A DNA stretch of 64,000 bases, from positions 320,001 to 384,000 of the forward strand of contig JBBRSP010000003.1 in the NCBI GenBank assembly GCA_038245295.1, read 5' to 3'. Shown here in pieces: positions 29,601 through 39,321 of the stretch (position 1 is the first letter of the stretch; every line of letters begins with the position of its first letter). The notes under the pieces were generated by a model. The model did no database searches. It was given only the letters and a program-made list of their open reading frames with translations, and was not told where the DNA came from. Source of the DNA: Candidatus Binatia bacterium (GTDB lineage: Bacteria > Desulfobacterota > Binatia > HRBIN30). A program made the translations under genes and the position numbers.

Positions 29601-31361
29601 ATGCGCCGCCTTCGCCTGCGATTCGTCCTATTCGCCCTCGGGCTCTTCGCTCCGATCGCGCTCTTGGTGGAACGCGCCATCAACAGCGTAGCGCTCGAAC
29701 GCAACCTGCGGCACCAGGTGCTCGCCGAGCGTGTCTTCGATGAGACGGAACGGGTCTTGTCGCAATTTCTCGAGCCGCAAGAGCGACAGCCTTTCGACGG
29801 CTACACGCAAACCTCGCACGCCGCGGCTCCCGGGTTTGTCCTCGGCTACTTCGAGATCGGTCCGCAAGGGACAATTCGCACGCAACCGGCGCGCTCGGAA
29901 GCGGCACAACAGGGGCTACTGGCTGCGGTCGAGATTGCGCGCAGGCATTTCGGCGCCGAGCCACGCGCGAACGCAGACGCGGGCCCAGCGCATCTGGCCC
30001 AGGCGCCCGGAACAACCGTGACAGTCGGCAAGGATGCCGACGCGGGCAACGAAGCGCGCGCGCCAGTGTCGGCACCGGCGATCGATGCCTTGCGCTCCCT
30101 CAATAAGGCGGCGGCCGAGCGGCTCGATCGGTTTCGTTCAAGCGACGGGAACGAGTCGATGCAGAAGGCGCGCGGGCAGGGCGAGCCGGGCCCGCGGCAG
30201 GGAGAGAAACAATCCGCCGCGCAATCCGCCGCCGGGGCTGACGAGTTGCCGCCGATGCTCGGCCAGTTGGTCGATGCGCAGACTCTGCTGCTGTACCGCA
30301 CCGTGATTAGAACCACGCAGGGATATCGGCAGGGTGTGATCCTCTCCGTCGCGGCGCTGTGCGCTTCGTTGCGCGAGCAAACGGTGACCGCGCCGGAGCT
30401 CGAGGGATACGCTGAGCTGCAGTGCGGGGCCGCCGGTGAGCTGCCGGCGAAGCGCCTCGGTTATGCCTACGAGCATCGCTTCGCCGATCCCTTCGATGCC
30501 CTGCGGGCCCGATTGCTCTTGCAGCCGCTGCCTGGTGTCGGCGGGGCCGCATACATTTACGCCTTGTGCACCCTGCTCGTGTTGATTGGATCGGTCGGAC
30601 TGCTGGCGCTGTACCGCATGGTGGCGGTGACCATGCGGTACGCCGAGCAGCGGAGCAACTTCGTTGCCGCCGTGTCGCACGAACTGAAGACACCGCTGAC
30701 CGCCATCCGCATGTACGGCGAGATGCTGCGCGACGGGTTGGTGGCGTCCGACGGGAAGCGTCATGAGTATTACCGGCACATCACCGGCGAGGCGGAGCGG
30801 CTCAGTCGACTCATCACCAACGTGCTGGAATTTGCCCGACTCGAGAAAGGCGCGGTGCAACGTGCACCGACCAATGGCAACATCAATGCCGTGGTCGACG
30901 AAGTCGCCGTTTTGCTGCAGCCGCGCCTCGAAGCGGAAGGGTTCACTCTCGTGGTGACCTCGACCGATGGACTGCCGGCCGTGCCGTTCGATCGTGATGG
31001 ACTCATCCAGGTGCTTGCCAACCTCGTCGACAACGCCGCCAAGTATGGCCGCGACGCCGTCGACAAGCGCATCGAGTTGCACACCCAGGTTCGTGACAGC
31101 CGCGTGCGTCTTGCGGTGCGTGATCACGGCCCGGGCGTCACACCGACACAACTCAAAAGGATCTTTGAGGCGTTCTACCGCGGTGAGAACGAGCTGACGC
31201 GCCGGCACAAAGGTACCGGGATCGGCTTGGCTCTGGTGCGTAGCCTGTGCGACGCCATGCAGGCGCAGGTGGAGGCACGCAACCACCCGGACGGCGGTCT
31301 GGTGGTCGAGATCAGCTGGGACAGTGCGGAGCGCGCCGCTCCGCGGCGCCCAGCGCCGTGA
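29601..31361 (+). CDS. Membrane sensor histidine kinase
   Basis: Two TMs flanking a periplasmic region; VSHELKTPL, NLVDNA, DHGPG and GTGIGL. Confidence 0.92.
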   Translation: MRRLRLRFVLFALGLFAPIALLVERAINSVALERNLRHQVLAERVFDETERVLSQFLEPQERQPFDGYTQTSHAAAPGFVLGYFEIGPQGTIRTQPARSEAAQQGLLAAVEIARRHFGAEPRANADAGPAHLAQAPGTTVTVGKDADAGNEARAPVSAPAIDALRSLNKAAAERLDRFRSSDGNESMQKARGQGEPGPRQGEKQSAAQSAAGADELPPMLGQLVDAQTLLLYRTVIRTTQGYRQGVILSVAALCASLREQTVTAPELEGYAELQCGAAGELPAKRLGYAYEHRFADPFDALRARLLLQPLPGVGGAAYIYALCTLLVLIGSVGLLALYRMVAVTMRYAEQRSNFVAAVSHELKTPLTAIRMYGEMLRDGLVASDGKRHEYYRHITGEAERLSRLITNVLEFARLEKGAVQRAPTNGNINAVVDEVAVLLQPRLEAEGFTLVVTSTDGLPAVPFDRDGLIQVLANLVDNAAKYGRDAVDKRIELHTQVRDSRVRLAVRDHGPGVTPTQLKRIFEAFYRGENELTRRHKGTGIGLALVRSLCDAMQAQVEARNHPDGGLVVEISWDSAERAAPRRPAP

Positions 31362-31414
31362 AACCCACCAATCTCGACTCGACGACGGCCCGCAGCTTGT
31401 GGCATAGGAGCCGC

Positions 31415-31867
31415 ATGCTGAAAGTTGGAGACCGGGTTCCCGATGTAGAAGCTGTGCGCGCCGACGGCAAACCATTTCGCCTGAAGGACTACCGCGGCAA
31501 ACGCAGCGTCGTGTTGTACTTCTTCCCCAAAGACTTCACGCCCGGCTGCACTAAAGAGGCGTGTACGTTCCGCGACCGCAACGCCGAAGTGGGCGAACTC
31601 GACGCCGAAGTGATCGGTGTCAGCACCGACACGGCCGACAAGCACGCTGAGTTCGCCAAGCACTACAACCTGCCGTTCACGCTGGTGAGCGATCGTGATG
31701 CCTCACTGGCGGCGGCGTTTGGTGTCTCGCGCCTGGGCGGCTGGCTACCCAGCAAGCGCGTGACGTTCGTCATCGACAAGGATGGCGTCGTGCGCAACGT
31801 CATCCAGAGCGAGTTCAACATCGACAAGCACGTGCAGGAAGCCATCGACTCGCTCAAGATCGTGTGA
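31415..31867 (+). CDS. bcp: Peroxiredoxin (BCP/PrxQ)
   Basis: FFPKDFTPGCTKEAC motif; RBS AGGAG. Confidence 0.9.
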   Translation: MLKVGDRVPDVEAVRADGKPFRLKDYRGKRSVVLYFFPKDFTPGCTKEACTFRDRNAEVGELDAEVIGVSTDTADKHAEFAKHYNLPFTLVSDRDASLAAAFGVSRLGGWLPSKRVTFVIDKDGVVRNVIQSEFNIDKHVQEAIDSLKIV

Positions 31868-32008
31868 GACTGCCCCCGGCAGGGAGCGTCCCCTCTGCCG
31901 GCTCGAATGGACCGACAACACCTGGGAGAGGGTTGGGGTGAGGGTTGGTCGGCGGATCCAATCTGCATCGGCTCCGGACCCTCACTGCTAACGACTCCCC
32001 ACTGCCGA

Positions 32009-32338
32009 CTACCGAGCGTTCTTGTTTCTGCGCCGCTTGGCACCCTTCGGCATGGCCGAAGTCCCATTGGCCGCCACACCGATCGCCGGTAGCACGTCAC
32101 TGGCGGCGAACACACGCACACGCAACGTCGGACCATAGTGCAAGACGAAGGCATTGAGCGCTTCGACTGACGCGGCCTCTATGATGGCGACACCGCGGAA
32201 CGGCGGATCGCGATCGGCCCACACGTATTCGCCGACGAACTGGAAGCCTTCCGGCATCTGGTCGGCCCACTCGATACGCTTGGCGATAGCTGCGTCCATC
32301 ATGTCCCAGGTGAGATCGTACTCGGCAACGAACAGCAT
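32009..32338 (-). CDS. Small ferredoxin-like-fold protein (DUF3303-like)
   Basis: MLFVAEY..PEG..GEY..GVAIIEA.S.EAL pattern; directly follows the phaC-like gene. Confidence 0.6.
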   Translation of the reverse strand: MLFVAEYDLTWDMMDAAIAKRIEWADQMPEGFQFVGEYVWADRDPPFRGVAIIEAASVEALNAFVLHYGPTLRVRVFAASDVLPAIGVAANGTSAMPKGAKRRRNKNAR

Positions 32339-32351
32339 GCGTCAGCTCCGA

Positions 32352-33536
32352 TCAGGCAGTGGCGGGCAGCGATGATTTGCGACTCCGGGGCCGACGGCTG
32401 CGCGTCGGCGAGCGGCGGCTACTGCCGCTGGTGGCTGGTGTACGATGCGTCGAGCGCAGCGCGGAGCGCTTGCTGAGCCAATCGGCAGCGACGTCCCACA
32501 CCAACTCTGGCGCACTGGCGCCGGCAAAGACGCCCATGTGACCACCCGACACGAGCTTGTAGGTCTTGTCCTTGGACGCCGTCGCCTCGAGCAAGGCTTG
32601 AACGGTGGCGCGCGGCGCGACCTGATCGCTCTTGCCGGCGAAGACGAGCAGCGAAGCGTGAATGTTGTGGAGATCGGCCACGCGGTCGCCGAACTTCATC
32701 TGGGCCCGCGCCAGCTTGTTGCGTTGCATGATCTCCTTGTTGAACTGCACGAATGCCGCCTGCGGGTAGTCGATAAACTGGCTCGTCCACTGGTTCATCG
32801 CGTCGAAGCCGTTCACGTACTCTTCGTTGTACATGTTCATGAACAGGTCGGCGTAACGCGTGACGTTTTTCATCGGGGTCAGCAGGCGGAACGCCATGCT
32901 CGACAAACCGCCCGGCACGTTGCCGATGCGCTTGGCGAGTGCCTCGACCTGATTTCCGGCGAGCTTCGAGAACCAGGCAAAGAGTCCCATCTTGCTCATA
33001 TCGACGGGCGTGGCGATGCTGACGATATTGCGCACCGAGTCGTCGCGATTCGCCGCGACGTGGCTGAGCGCGAAGATGCCGCCCATGCAATAGCCCAGCA
33101 CGGACAATTCATCGCTGCCCGCGTCGGCCTTGACGGCGCGGCAGGCCGTCGGCATCCAATCGAGGACATAATCGTCGAGGCTAACAAAGGAGTCTGCGTC
33201 GTCGGGTTCGCCGAAGTCGACCAGGTAAACCGCGAAGCCACGCTTGAGGAGGTGCGCCACCATGCTGCGGCCGGGAAACAGGTCGAAGATGAACGGCTTG
33301 ACCATCAACGGCGGCACGAGCAACACCGGCAGGGCATAACGCGGCGGCACCGAGCCGGCGTGATAGCGGCGCACTTCCAGCTTCTGATGCTTGTAGACGA
33401 CATCGTAGGGTGTGCGTCCGACGACTGCCTTCGGGTCGCGGATGAGCCAGTCGATGCCGTTGACGAAGCGGAGCAGCGCCCGGTTGGCCTCGACGCGCGC
33501 CAGTTGCTCACCCCTTTGTAGGAGATTGTCGAACAT
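32352..33536 (-). CDS. phaC: Class III/IV-type PHA synthase-like alpha/beta hydrolase
   Basis: GRTP..VVY, PVLLVPPL, GYCMGG lipase box with Cys, SDQVA Asp and GGHMG His. Confidence 0.75.
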   Translation of the reverse strand: MFDNLLQRGEQLARVEANRALLRFVNGIDWLIRDPKAVVGRTPYDVVYKHQKLEVRRYHAGSVPPRYALPVLLVPPLMVKPFIFDLFPGRSMVAHLLKRGFAVYLVDFGEPDDADSFVSLDDYVLDWMPTACRAVKADAGSDELSVLGYCMGGIFALSHVAANRDDSVRNIVSIATPVDMSKMGLFAWFSKLAGNQVEALAKRIGNVPGGLSSMAFRLLTPMKNVTRYADLFMNMYNEEYVNGFDAMNQWTSQFIDYPQAAFVQFNKEIMQRNKLARAQMKFGDRVADLHNIHASLLVFAGKSDQVAPRATVQALLEATASKDKTYKLVSGGHMGVFAGASAPELVWDVAADWLSKRSALRSTHRTPATSGSSRRSPTRSRRPRSRKSSLPATA

Positions 33537-33544
33537 GCGTCCGC

Positions 33545-33573
33545 ACCGTACGAACGTAGCGCTCGCCTGTCAA
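33545..33573 (-). promoter_or_regulatory. Sigma70-type promoter of the phaC-like gene (probably leaderless)
   Basis: TTGACA-N17-TACGGT ending 8 nt before the ATG; no SD. Confidence 0.6.
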
Positions 33574-33721
33574 CGCGAGTCCTGGTCTGGGTAGTTGCTC
33601 AATTTGGGATCCACGCCCGGCCAGCTGCCGACAGGTCGAACTGAGACACTACCCCTGTCTGATCCCCCTCGCGCCGACGCGCCCGCTCCGATAGAGACGG
33701 GCCACACAAACGGAGGCTCGC

Positions 33722-34642
33722 ATGCGTATCGGAATGATGATCGGTGACGGCAGCAATCTCGGCGGCTCGGTCGACTCACTCGTCGCGAAGATCAAGGAAG
33801 CGGAGGAGATGGGGCTGCACACCGCATGGCTGCCGCAGATCTTCGGTGTCGACGCGATGACGGTCATGGCCATCGCCGGGCGAGAGACATCGCGCATCGA
33901 GCTCGGCACCGCGGTTGTTCCCACGTATCCGCGCCACCCCGTGACGATGGCGCAACAGGCGCTCACGGTCCAGGCGGCAAGCCGCAATCGTTTCACCCTC
34001 GGCATTGGGCTGTCGCATCAGGTGGTGATCGAGGGCATGTTCGGTCTGTCGTTTGCCAAATCGTACACCCACATGAAGGAGTATCTCGGCGTCCTCGCAC
34101 CCCTCATCCGCGAGCGCTCCGTCTCGTTTCAAGGGGACAGTTACCGCGTCAACGCCAATATTACCGTTCCCAACGCCGAGGCCTGCCCGATCCTTCTGGC
34201 AGCGCTGGCGCCCAAGATGCTGGGGCTCGCTGGCAGCATCGGCAACGGCACGATTACCTGGATGACCGGGCCGAAAACCCTGCGCGAACACACCATCCCG
34301 ACGCTACAGGCAGCGGCCGCGGCGGCCGGCAGGCCGACGGCTCGCGTCGTGGTGGGCTTGCCCATCGCGATTACCGACGATGTGGCGGCGGCGCGCGCCG
34401 TCGCGGCGCAACACTTTCAGATCTACGGCATGCTGCCGTCGTACCGCGCCATGCTCGATCGTGAAGGTGTTGCAGGCCCGGGCGATGTGGTGATTGCCGG
34501 TGACGAAGCGACGGTCGAGGCCCAGCTCGCGGAATTGCGAGGCATGGGAGTGACGGACTTTCTTGCCGCGCCGTTCCCGGTTGGGGATGCTCCGGCGAAG
34601 TCTCTCGATCGTACGACGCAGTTCCTGCGACGGCAGGTTTGA
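33722..34642 (+). CDS. LLM-class, probably F420-dependent oxidoreductase
   Basis: WLPQIFGVDA, IELGTAVVPTYPRHP and LGIGLSH motifs; RBS GGAGG. Confidence 0.85.
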   Translation: MRIGMMIGDGSNLGGSVDSLVAKIKEAEEMGLHTAWLPQIFGVDAMTVMAIAGRETSRIELGTAVVPTYPRHPVTMAQQALTVQAASRNRFTLGIGLSHQVVIEGMFGLSFAKSYTHMKEYLGVLAPLIRERSVSFQGDSYRVNANITVPNAEACPILLAALAPKMLGLAGSIGNGTITWMTGPKTLREHTIPTLQAAAAAAGRPTARVVVGLPIAITDDVAAARAVAAQHFQIYGMLPSYRAMLDREGVAGPGDVVIAGDEATVEAQLAELRGMGVTDFLAAPFPVGDAPAKSLDRTTQFLRRQV

Positions 34643-34747
34643 CGGGGAGCAACCTCGTCGGTGGGTATCGGACGGCCTCGCCGTCAGAACGCGATCAGAT
34701 CGTGAACAAAAAATTGCGCCACCTTTGGTCGTGACAACAACGGCGGC

Positions 34748-36100
34748 ATGCTAGCAGCCGAGGGCATGCGTAGAGTTCTCCTCGCGAGTTCACTCCTCTT
34801 TCTGGCCACGGCCGGAGCCGCCGTCCCTCAACCGACCTTTCGTTTCCTCGGCAGTCTTCTGAATGCCGACGGACCGTATCACCTGACGGGTGCTCACGGC
34901 ATCGCGTTGAGCCCGGACAACGAGCACGTCTACGTCGCCACGTTTACGGATCACGCCGTCGTGGTTCTCGACCGCAGCGCCAGTACCGGTCTTCCGACCT
35001 ACGTCGAAGCGCAGATCGACCAGCAGGGTGGCGTGACAGGCATCATGTCGGCGAGCGCCGTGACGGTCAGCCCGGACGGCGCCGATGTGTACGTGGTCGG
35101 CTACTTCGGCAACGGGCTGGCGGCCTTTCACCGCAATGCGGACACTGGTCGCCTCGAGTTTCTGCAATCGCTGATCGGCGCCGACTTCGGCCTCATGGGT
35201 CCGAACGCTATCGCCGGCAGCGCCGACGGCAAACATCTTTATGTCAGCAGCTTCATCGAAGACGGCGTCAGTGTTTTCGCCCGTGCTGCGGATGGCCGTG
35301 TTGGTTATCTGGAAACAGAGCGCGACGGCGTCGGGGGTGTGGTCGGGCTGTTCAAGCCGACGTCGGTCACGGTGACACCCGACGACAGCCAGGTCTTGGC
35401 CTTGAGCGGTAGCGACAACAGCCTCGTCGTCTTCGGGCGCAACAAGGACTCGGGCCTCCTGACCTACCAGCAGACAGTGCAGGACGGCGTCGACGGCGTA
35501 ACCGGGTTGCTCGGGGCAATCGACGTCGCGGTGACGCCCGATGGAACCTCCGTCTACGCGATCGGCGAAGGGGCGCTGGTCACGTTCACGCGCAATACAA
35601 GCACCGGGCTTGTGACCTTCGTGAGCGCGCGCTTCGATGTTGCGGGTCCCGAGGAGCAGGGCAGCCCAAGCGCCCTGACGATCAGTGCCGACGGCCAACG
35701 GGTACTCATGACCCGCGCCGGCGACGATACCCTCGTCGTCTTCGGTCGTGATCAAACCAGCGGGGCGCTTACCACCCAGCAGACCTTCCAAGAAGGAATC
35801 GCCGGCGTACGCGGCCTCGAGGGCGCCAACGATGTCGTGCTGACCAGCGACGGCCGCTACGCGTACGTGGCGGCCCAGTTCTCCGACGCGGTCACCACCT
35901 TCGGCCCACCATCAGCGTGCGCCGGCGACTGTAACGGCGACGGCGAAGTGACCATCGACGAAATCATCGTCGCCGTGAACATCTCCCTGGGCTCACAGGC
36001 AGTAGGCAGCTGTATTGCCGTCGACTTCGACGGCAGCGGCGAAGTGACCGTCGACGAGCTCATTCGCGCCGTGCGCGCCAGTCTCGAAGGATGCGGGTGA
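34748..36100 (+). CDS. Exported lactonase-family beta-propeller with a C-terminal Cys-flanked dockerin-like domain
   Basis: Repeated SPDG..(V/L)Y blades; tail CAGDCNGDGEVTIDE..DFDGSGEVTVDE..GC. Confidence 0.8.
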   Translation: MLAAEGMRRVLLASSLLFLATAGAAVPQPTFRFLGSLLNADGPYHLTGAHGIALSPDNEHVYVATFTDHAVVVLDRSASTGLPTYVEAQIDQQGGVTGIMSASAVTVSPDGADVYVVGYFGNGLAAFHRNADTGRLEFLQSLIGADFGLMGPNAIAGSADGKHLYVSSFIEDGVSVFARAADGRVGYLETERDGVGGVVGLFKPTSVTVTPDDSQVLALSGSDNSLVVFGRNKDSGLLTYQQTVQDGVDGVTGLLGAIDVAVTPDGTSVYAIGEGALVTFTRNTSTGLVTFVSARFDVAGPEEQGSPSALTISADGQRVLMTRAGDDTLVVFGRDQTSGALTTQQTFQEGIAGVRGLEGANDVVLTSDGRYAYVAAQFSDAVTTFGPPSACAGDCNGDGEVTIDEIIVAVNISLGSQAVGSCIAVDFDGSGEVTVDELIRAVRASLEGCG

Positions 36101-36297
36101 GAGTGAAGAGTGAACGTGGGACTGAAGAGTGAAACAGAACCATGAGTGCAGAGCGAAACGATGAGCGAACGCAAGACGCGTCGTTTCACTAGAAAAGCGA
36201 AGCGGTAGGTGGCGAACCGCTTGATTGCGAGGATCTTTCCGTCCGCCCCGTCGCGTGCCCCTTCTTTCGCTCTTCACTCTTCACCCTTCACTCTTCG
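36098..36297. repeat. Inverted heptamer tandem arrays (TGAAGAG / CTCTTCA)
   Basis: GAGTGAAGAGTGAA..TGAAGAGTGAA on the left; CTCTTCACTCTTCACCCTTCACTCTTC on the right. Confidence 0.6.
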
Positions 36298-36304
36298 ACG
36301 AGGG

Positions 36305-36333
36305 TTGACCTTCTCAGCGCTGACTCGTAATGT
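36305..36333 (+). promoter_or_regulatory. Sigma70-type promoter upstream of the dsbA-like gene
   Basis: TTGACC-N17-TAATGT; AGGAGG SD downstream. Confidence 0.5.
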
Positions 36334-36373
36334 CCGGCCCCATCCAAGTGGGCTTACTTTTTAGGAGGATTAG

Positions 36374-37369
36374 ATGATTCGTTGGATTCCGGTGCTCGCC
36401 GCCGCACTGCTCGCCGCTTCTTGCGTGCCGGCGCTCGCCGAAACTGTTGCAACCGTCGGCTCGACCAACATCAGCCGTGAAGATCTCGACAAACACGTCA
36501 GCTCGAAGATCAGCGCGCTCGAGGATCAGCGTTTTGAAATCCTCAACCAGGGCGTCGAGGAGCTCATCACCCAGCAGCTCGTCGAGATGGAAGCCAAGAC
36601 CCGTGGCGTTACGGTCGAAGAGCTTGGCAAAAAAGAGATCGAAGCCAAGATCAAGGAACCGACCGACGCAGAGATCAAGAAGGTCTACGAGGAGAACAAG
36701 GAAGACCTCGAAGGGGCCACACTCGAGTCGGTTAAGCAGCAGCTGGTCGACTACATCAAGCAGAACAAACAGGGCGAGTTGGGGCAGAAGTTCATCGCCG
36801 AGCTCAAGAAGAAGTACAAGACCACCAACAATCTGAAGCCGCCGAAGGTGGATGTCTCCGACGCCGGCCGCCCTTCGAAGGGCCCGGCATCGGCTCCGGT
36901 GACGATCATTGAATTCTCCGACTACGAGTGCCCGTTCTGCAAGCGCGCCGAACCGGCCGTCGAGCAGGTGGTGAAGACCTATGGCGACAAGGTGCGCCTG
37001 GTTTACCGCAACTTCCCGCTACCGATGCACCAGAATGCACGTCCCGCCGCCGAGGCCGCCGCCTGCGCCAATGCGCAGGGCAAGTTTTGGGAATACCACG
37101 CCAAGCTCTTCGCGGCGGATACTCTAAGCACCGACAAGTACAAGGCGATTGCCAAGGAGACGGGTCTGGCCGCCGACAAGTTCGATGAATGCTTGACCAA
37201 GAAGCCGTTCGGTGATGCCATCGACAAGGACATGGCCGACGGCAGCGCCGCCGGAGTCAGCGGCACGCCGGCGTTTTTCATCAACGGTCGCAAGCTCTCG
37301 GGGGCGCAGCCGTTCGAGAAGTTCAAAGAGTTGATCGACGACGAGTTGAACCGCGCTGGCAAGTCCTGA
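36374..37369 (+). CDS. Periplasmic DsbA-family thioredoxin-fold protein with an N-terminal SurA-like helical region
   Basis: Signal peptide; EFSDYECPFC and GVSGTPAFFING. Confidence 0.88.
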   Translation: MIRWIPVLAAALLAASCVPALAETVATVGSTNISREDLDKHVSSKISALEDQRFEILNQGVEELITQQLVEMEAKTRGVTVEELGKKEIEAKIKEPTDAEIKKVYEENKEDLEGATLESVKQQLVDYIKQNKQGELGQKFIAELKKKYKTTNNLKPPKVDVSDAGRPSKGPASAPVTIIEFSDYECPFCKRAEPAVEQVVKTYGDKVRLVYRNFPLPMHQNARPAAEAAACANAQGKFWEYHAKLFAADTLSTDKYKAIAKETGLAADKFDECLTKKPFGDAIDKDMADGSAAGVSGTPAFFINGRKLSGAQPFEKFKELIDDELNRAGKS

Positions 37370-37401
37370 GTCACCGCCGCGCCGGAAAAGGGGACCCAAC
37401 A

Positions 37402-38154
37402 ATGAAACGCTGGATACGTGCAGCCGTCGGCCTCGCCTTCGTTGCAATGCCGCTGGTCGCGTCGGCTGACGAAGAAGGCTCGGCGTTGGTCAAGAAGATG
37501 TTCGATGCCTTGCCATCGAAGCCGTTCAAGGCAAAGGTCAAGATGACCTCGGATCGCGGCTGGACGCGCGAGTTGACGATGATCCGCCAGAACACCGACG
37601 GCGTCGACAAGATCTACCTTGAGGTAACCGCTCCGAGTGATCTGAAGGATACGCGTTTTCTGCTGATCGACCGTGTTGTCGGCAAGGACGAACAACAAAT
37701 GTTCGTGCCGCAAATGAAGCGCGTCGTGTTGCTCAACAACGAGACCCGCAAGCAGGAATTCCTCGGCTCGGATTTCCTGGTCACCGATCTGGTACGTCCT
37801 GATCTCGATGCGTTCACGTACACGATCACCGGCAAGGAGACTGTCGGCAGCAAGCCCTGTACGGTCGTCGAGGCTGTGCCGAAAAATCCGGCCGACGAGG
37901 CCTACTCGAAGTTCCAGCTGTGCATCGATCCGGATGACGTTTTGGCCGTCCGTGTCGTGTACTTCGATCCGGCGGGCAAGCCGCTGAAAACGATGACGCT
38001 CGACAAGGTCGAGCGCATTGATGGAGAGCTGACTCCGGTCATACAACGCATGGTCACCCAAAGCGGCCACTCGTCGCAGATGGAATTGCTGGAGATGAAG
38101 TACGGCGCCGAGCTGCCGGGCGACGTCTTTAGCAAGACGTACCTGACGCGATAA
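37402..38154 (+). CDS. Outer-membrane lipoprotein-sorting (LolA-like) protein
   Basis: Signal peptide; P.DLKDTRFL, FLGSDF..DL, YFD..GK.LK and F....LTR. Confidence 0.8.
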   Translation: MKRWIRAAVGLAFVAMPLVASADEEGSALVKKMFDALPSKPFKAKVKMTSDRGWTRELTMIRQNTDGVDKIYLEVTAPSDLKDTRFLLIDRVVGKDEQQMFVPQMKRVVLLNNETRKQEFLGSDFLVTDLVRPDLDAFTYTITGKETVGSKPCTVVEAVPKNPADEAYSKFQLCIDPDDVLAVRVVYFDPAGKPLKTMTLDKVERIDGELTPVIQRMVTQSGHSSQMELLEMKYGAELPGDVFSKTYLTR

Positions 38155-38189
38155 ATACACGTGCCAGACAAAACGCGGGGGGTGGTTGA

Positions 38190-39311
38190 ATGGGCTCGTT
38201 GAAAGCGATGATGCGCAAGGAGTTCCTGCACGTCTCGCGTGATCCGACGCTGATCGGTTTCGTGATCGGTTTGCCGCTGCTGCTCATCATCCTGTTCGGA
38301 TACGCCCTGCGGCTGCGGGTCGATCACCTGCCGGTCGCCGTGCTCGACGCGGATCGCACGTTCTTCAGCGTCACGATCACCGACAAGCTGGAGAAGAATG
38401 GTCAGTTTTTGGTGCGTAAGGTCGAGTCGGAAGACGACATCCAACGCTTGCTTAAATCCGGCGAAGTGCGCGTCGGCTTGATCATTCCCAAGGGCTTTAC
38501 CGAAAACCTCGGAAATCAGAAGACAACCGAGTTTCCGTTTTACGTCGACGGCAGCATGCCGACGCTGGCCCAAGCGGCGTTGTATGGCGCGCGCCTGCTG
38601 ACCGAAGACGACTTCCTGTCGACCTTGCAGATGGACGATCCGGACAACCCTTCGGGGCCTCCGCGCAAGGCGGCGATCCGCATCTCCGAGCACATCTTGT
38701 TCAACCCGGAGATGCGCGACGCCGACTTCTTCCTGCCCGGTACGATCGGCATCGTCTTGATGATTGTCGTTCTGACCTTGTCGCTCGGCCTGGTGCGCGA
38801 AAAGGAGCAGGCAACCATCGAGCAACTGATGGTGACGCCGATCACGCGCCTGCCCCTGATTGCCGGCAAGATGATTCCGTACGGCATCATCGCGCTGGGC
38901 GACTGGGTTCTGGTGTGTCTGCTGGCGCGTCTGCTGTTCGGCGTACCGATCGAACACGCCTTCTTTCAGGTGTTGCTGCTCTCCGTGTTGTTCATCGCTG
39001 CGCTCCTGGCCCTCGGCGCGTTGATGTCGACGATGTCGAGTACCCAACTGCAGGCGACGTTCATGGGCATCTTCGTCATCGTTACATCCGTCTTGATGTC
39101 GGGCTTCGTCTTTCCAATCGAGGCGATCCCCTCGTGGTTGCGTCCGGTCGCCTGGGCTCTGCCGATGACTTACTTCATCGACGGCATCCGCGCCTTTCTG
39201 TTGAAGGACGCGACCATCGCCAGCCAGTGGTTCAACCTCGGTATGTTGATGATGTTCATCGTCGTGCTGACGAGCCTCAGTCTGCTGGGGTTCCGCAAGC
39301 AGTTAGCGTAA
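38190..39311 (+). CDS. ABC-2 type exporter permease (YbhR/S-like)
   Basis: RKEFLHVSRD, VREKEQATIEQLMVTP and MSGFVFPIE. Confidence 0.9.
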   Translation: MGSLKAMMRKEFLHVSRDPTLIGFVIGLPLLLIILFGYALRLRVDHLPVAVLDADRTFFSVTITDKLEKNGQFLVRKVESEDDIQRLLKSGEVRVGLIIPKGFTENLGNQKTTEFPFYVDGSMPTLAQAALYGARLLTEDDFLSTLQMDDPDNPSGPPRKAAIRISEHILFNPEMRDADFFLPGTIGIVLMIVVLTLSLGLVREKEQATIEQLMVTPITRLPLIAGKMIPYGIIALGDWVLVCLLARLLFGVPIEHAFFQVLLLSVLFIAALLALGALMSTMSSTQLQATFMGIFVIVTSVLMSGFVFPIEAIPSWLRPVAWALPMTYFIDGIRAFLLKDATIASQWFNLGMLMMFIVVLTSLSLLGFRKQLA

Positions 39312-39321
39312 GGGGGAGCCA

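Noticed and set aside
30138..31475. Long antisense ORFs (also 50137-51414, 37003-38160, 34790-35791 and 32445-33521)
   Set aside because: They are shadows of well-supported genes on the opposite strand in high-GC DNA and carry no motifs
31922..31947. GGGAGAGGGTTGGGGTGAGGG tract as a functional G-quadruplex
   Set aside because: It resembles a common intergenic hairpin-repeat arm, and a single occurrence gives no support for a specific function
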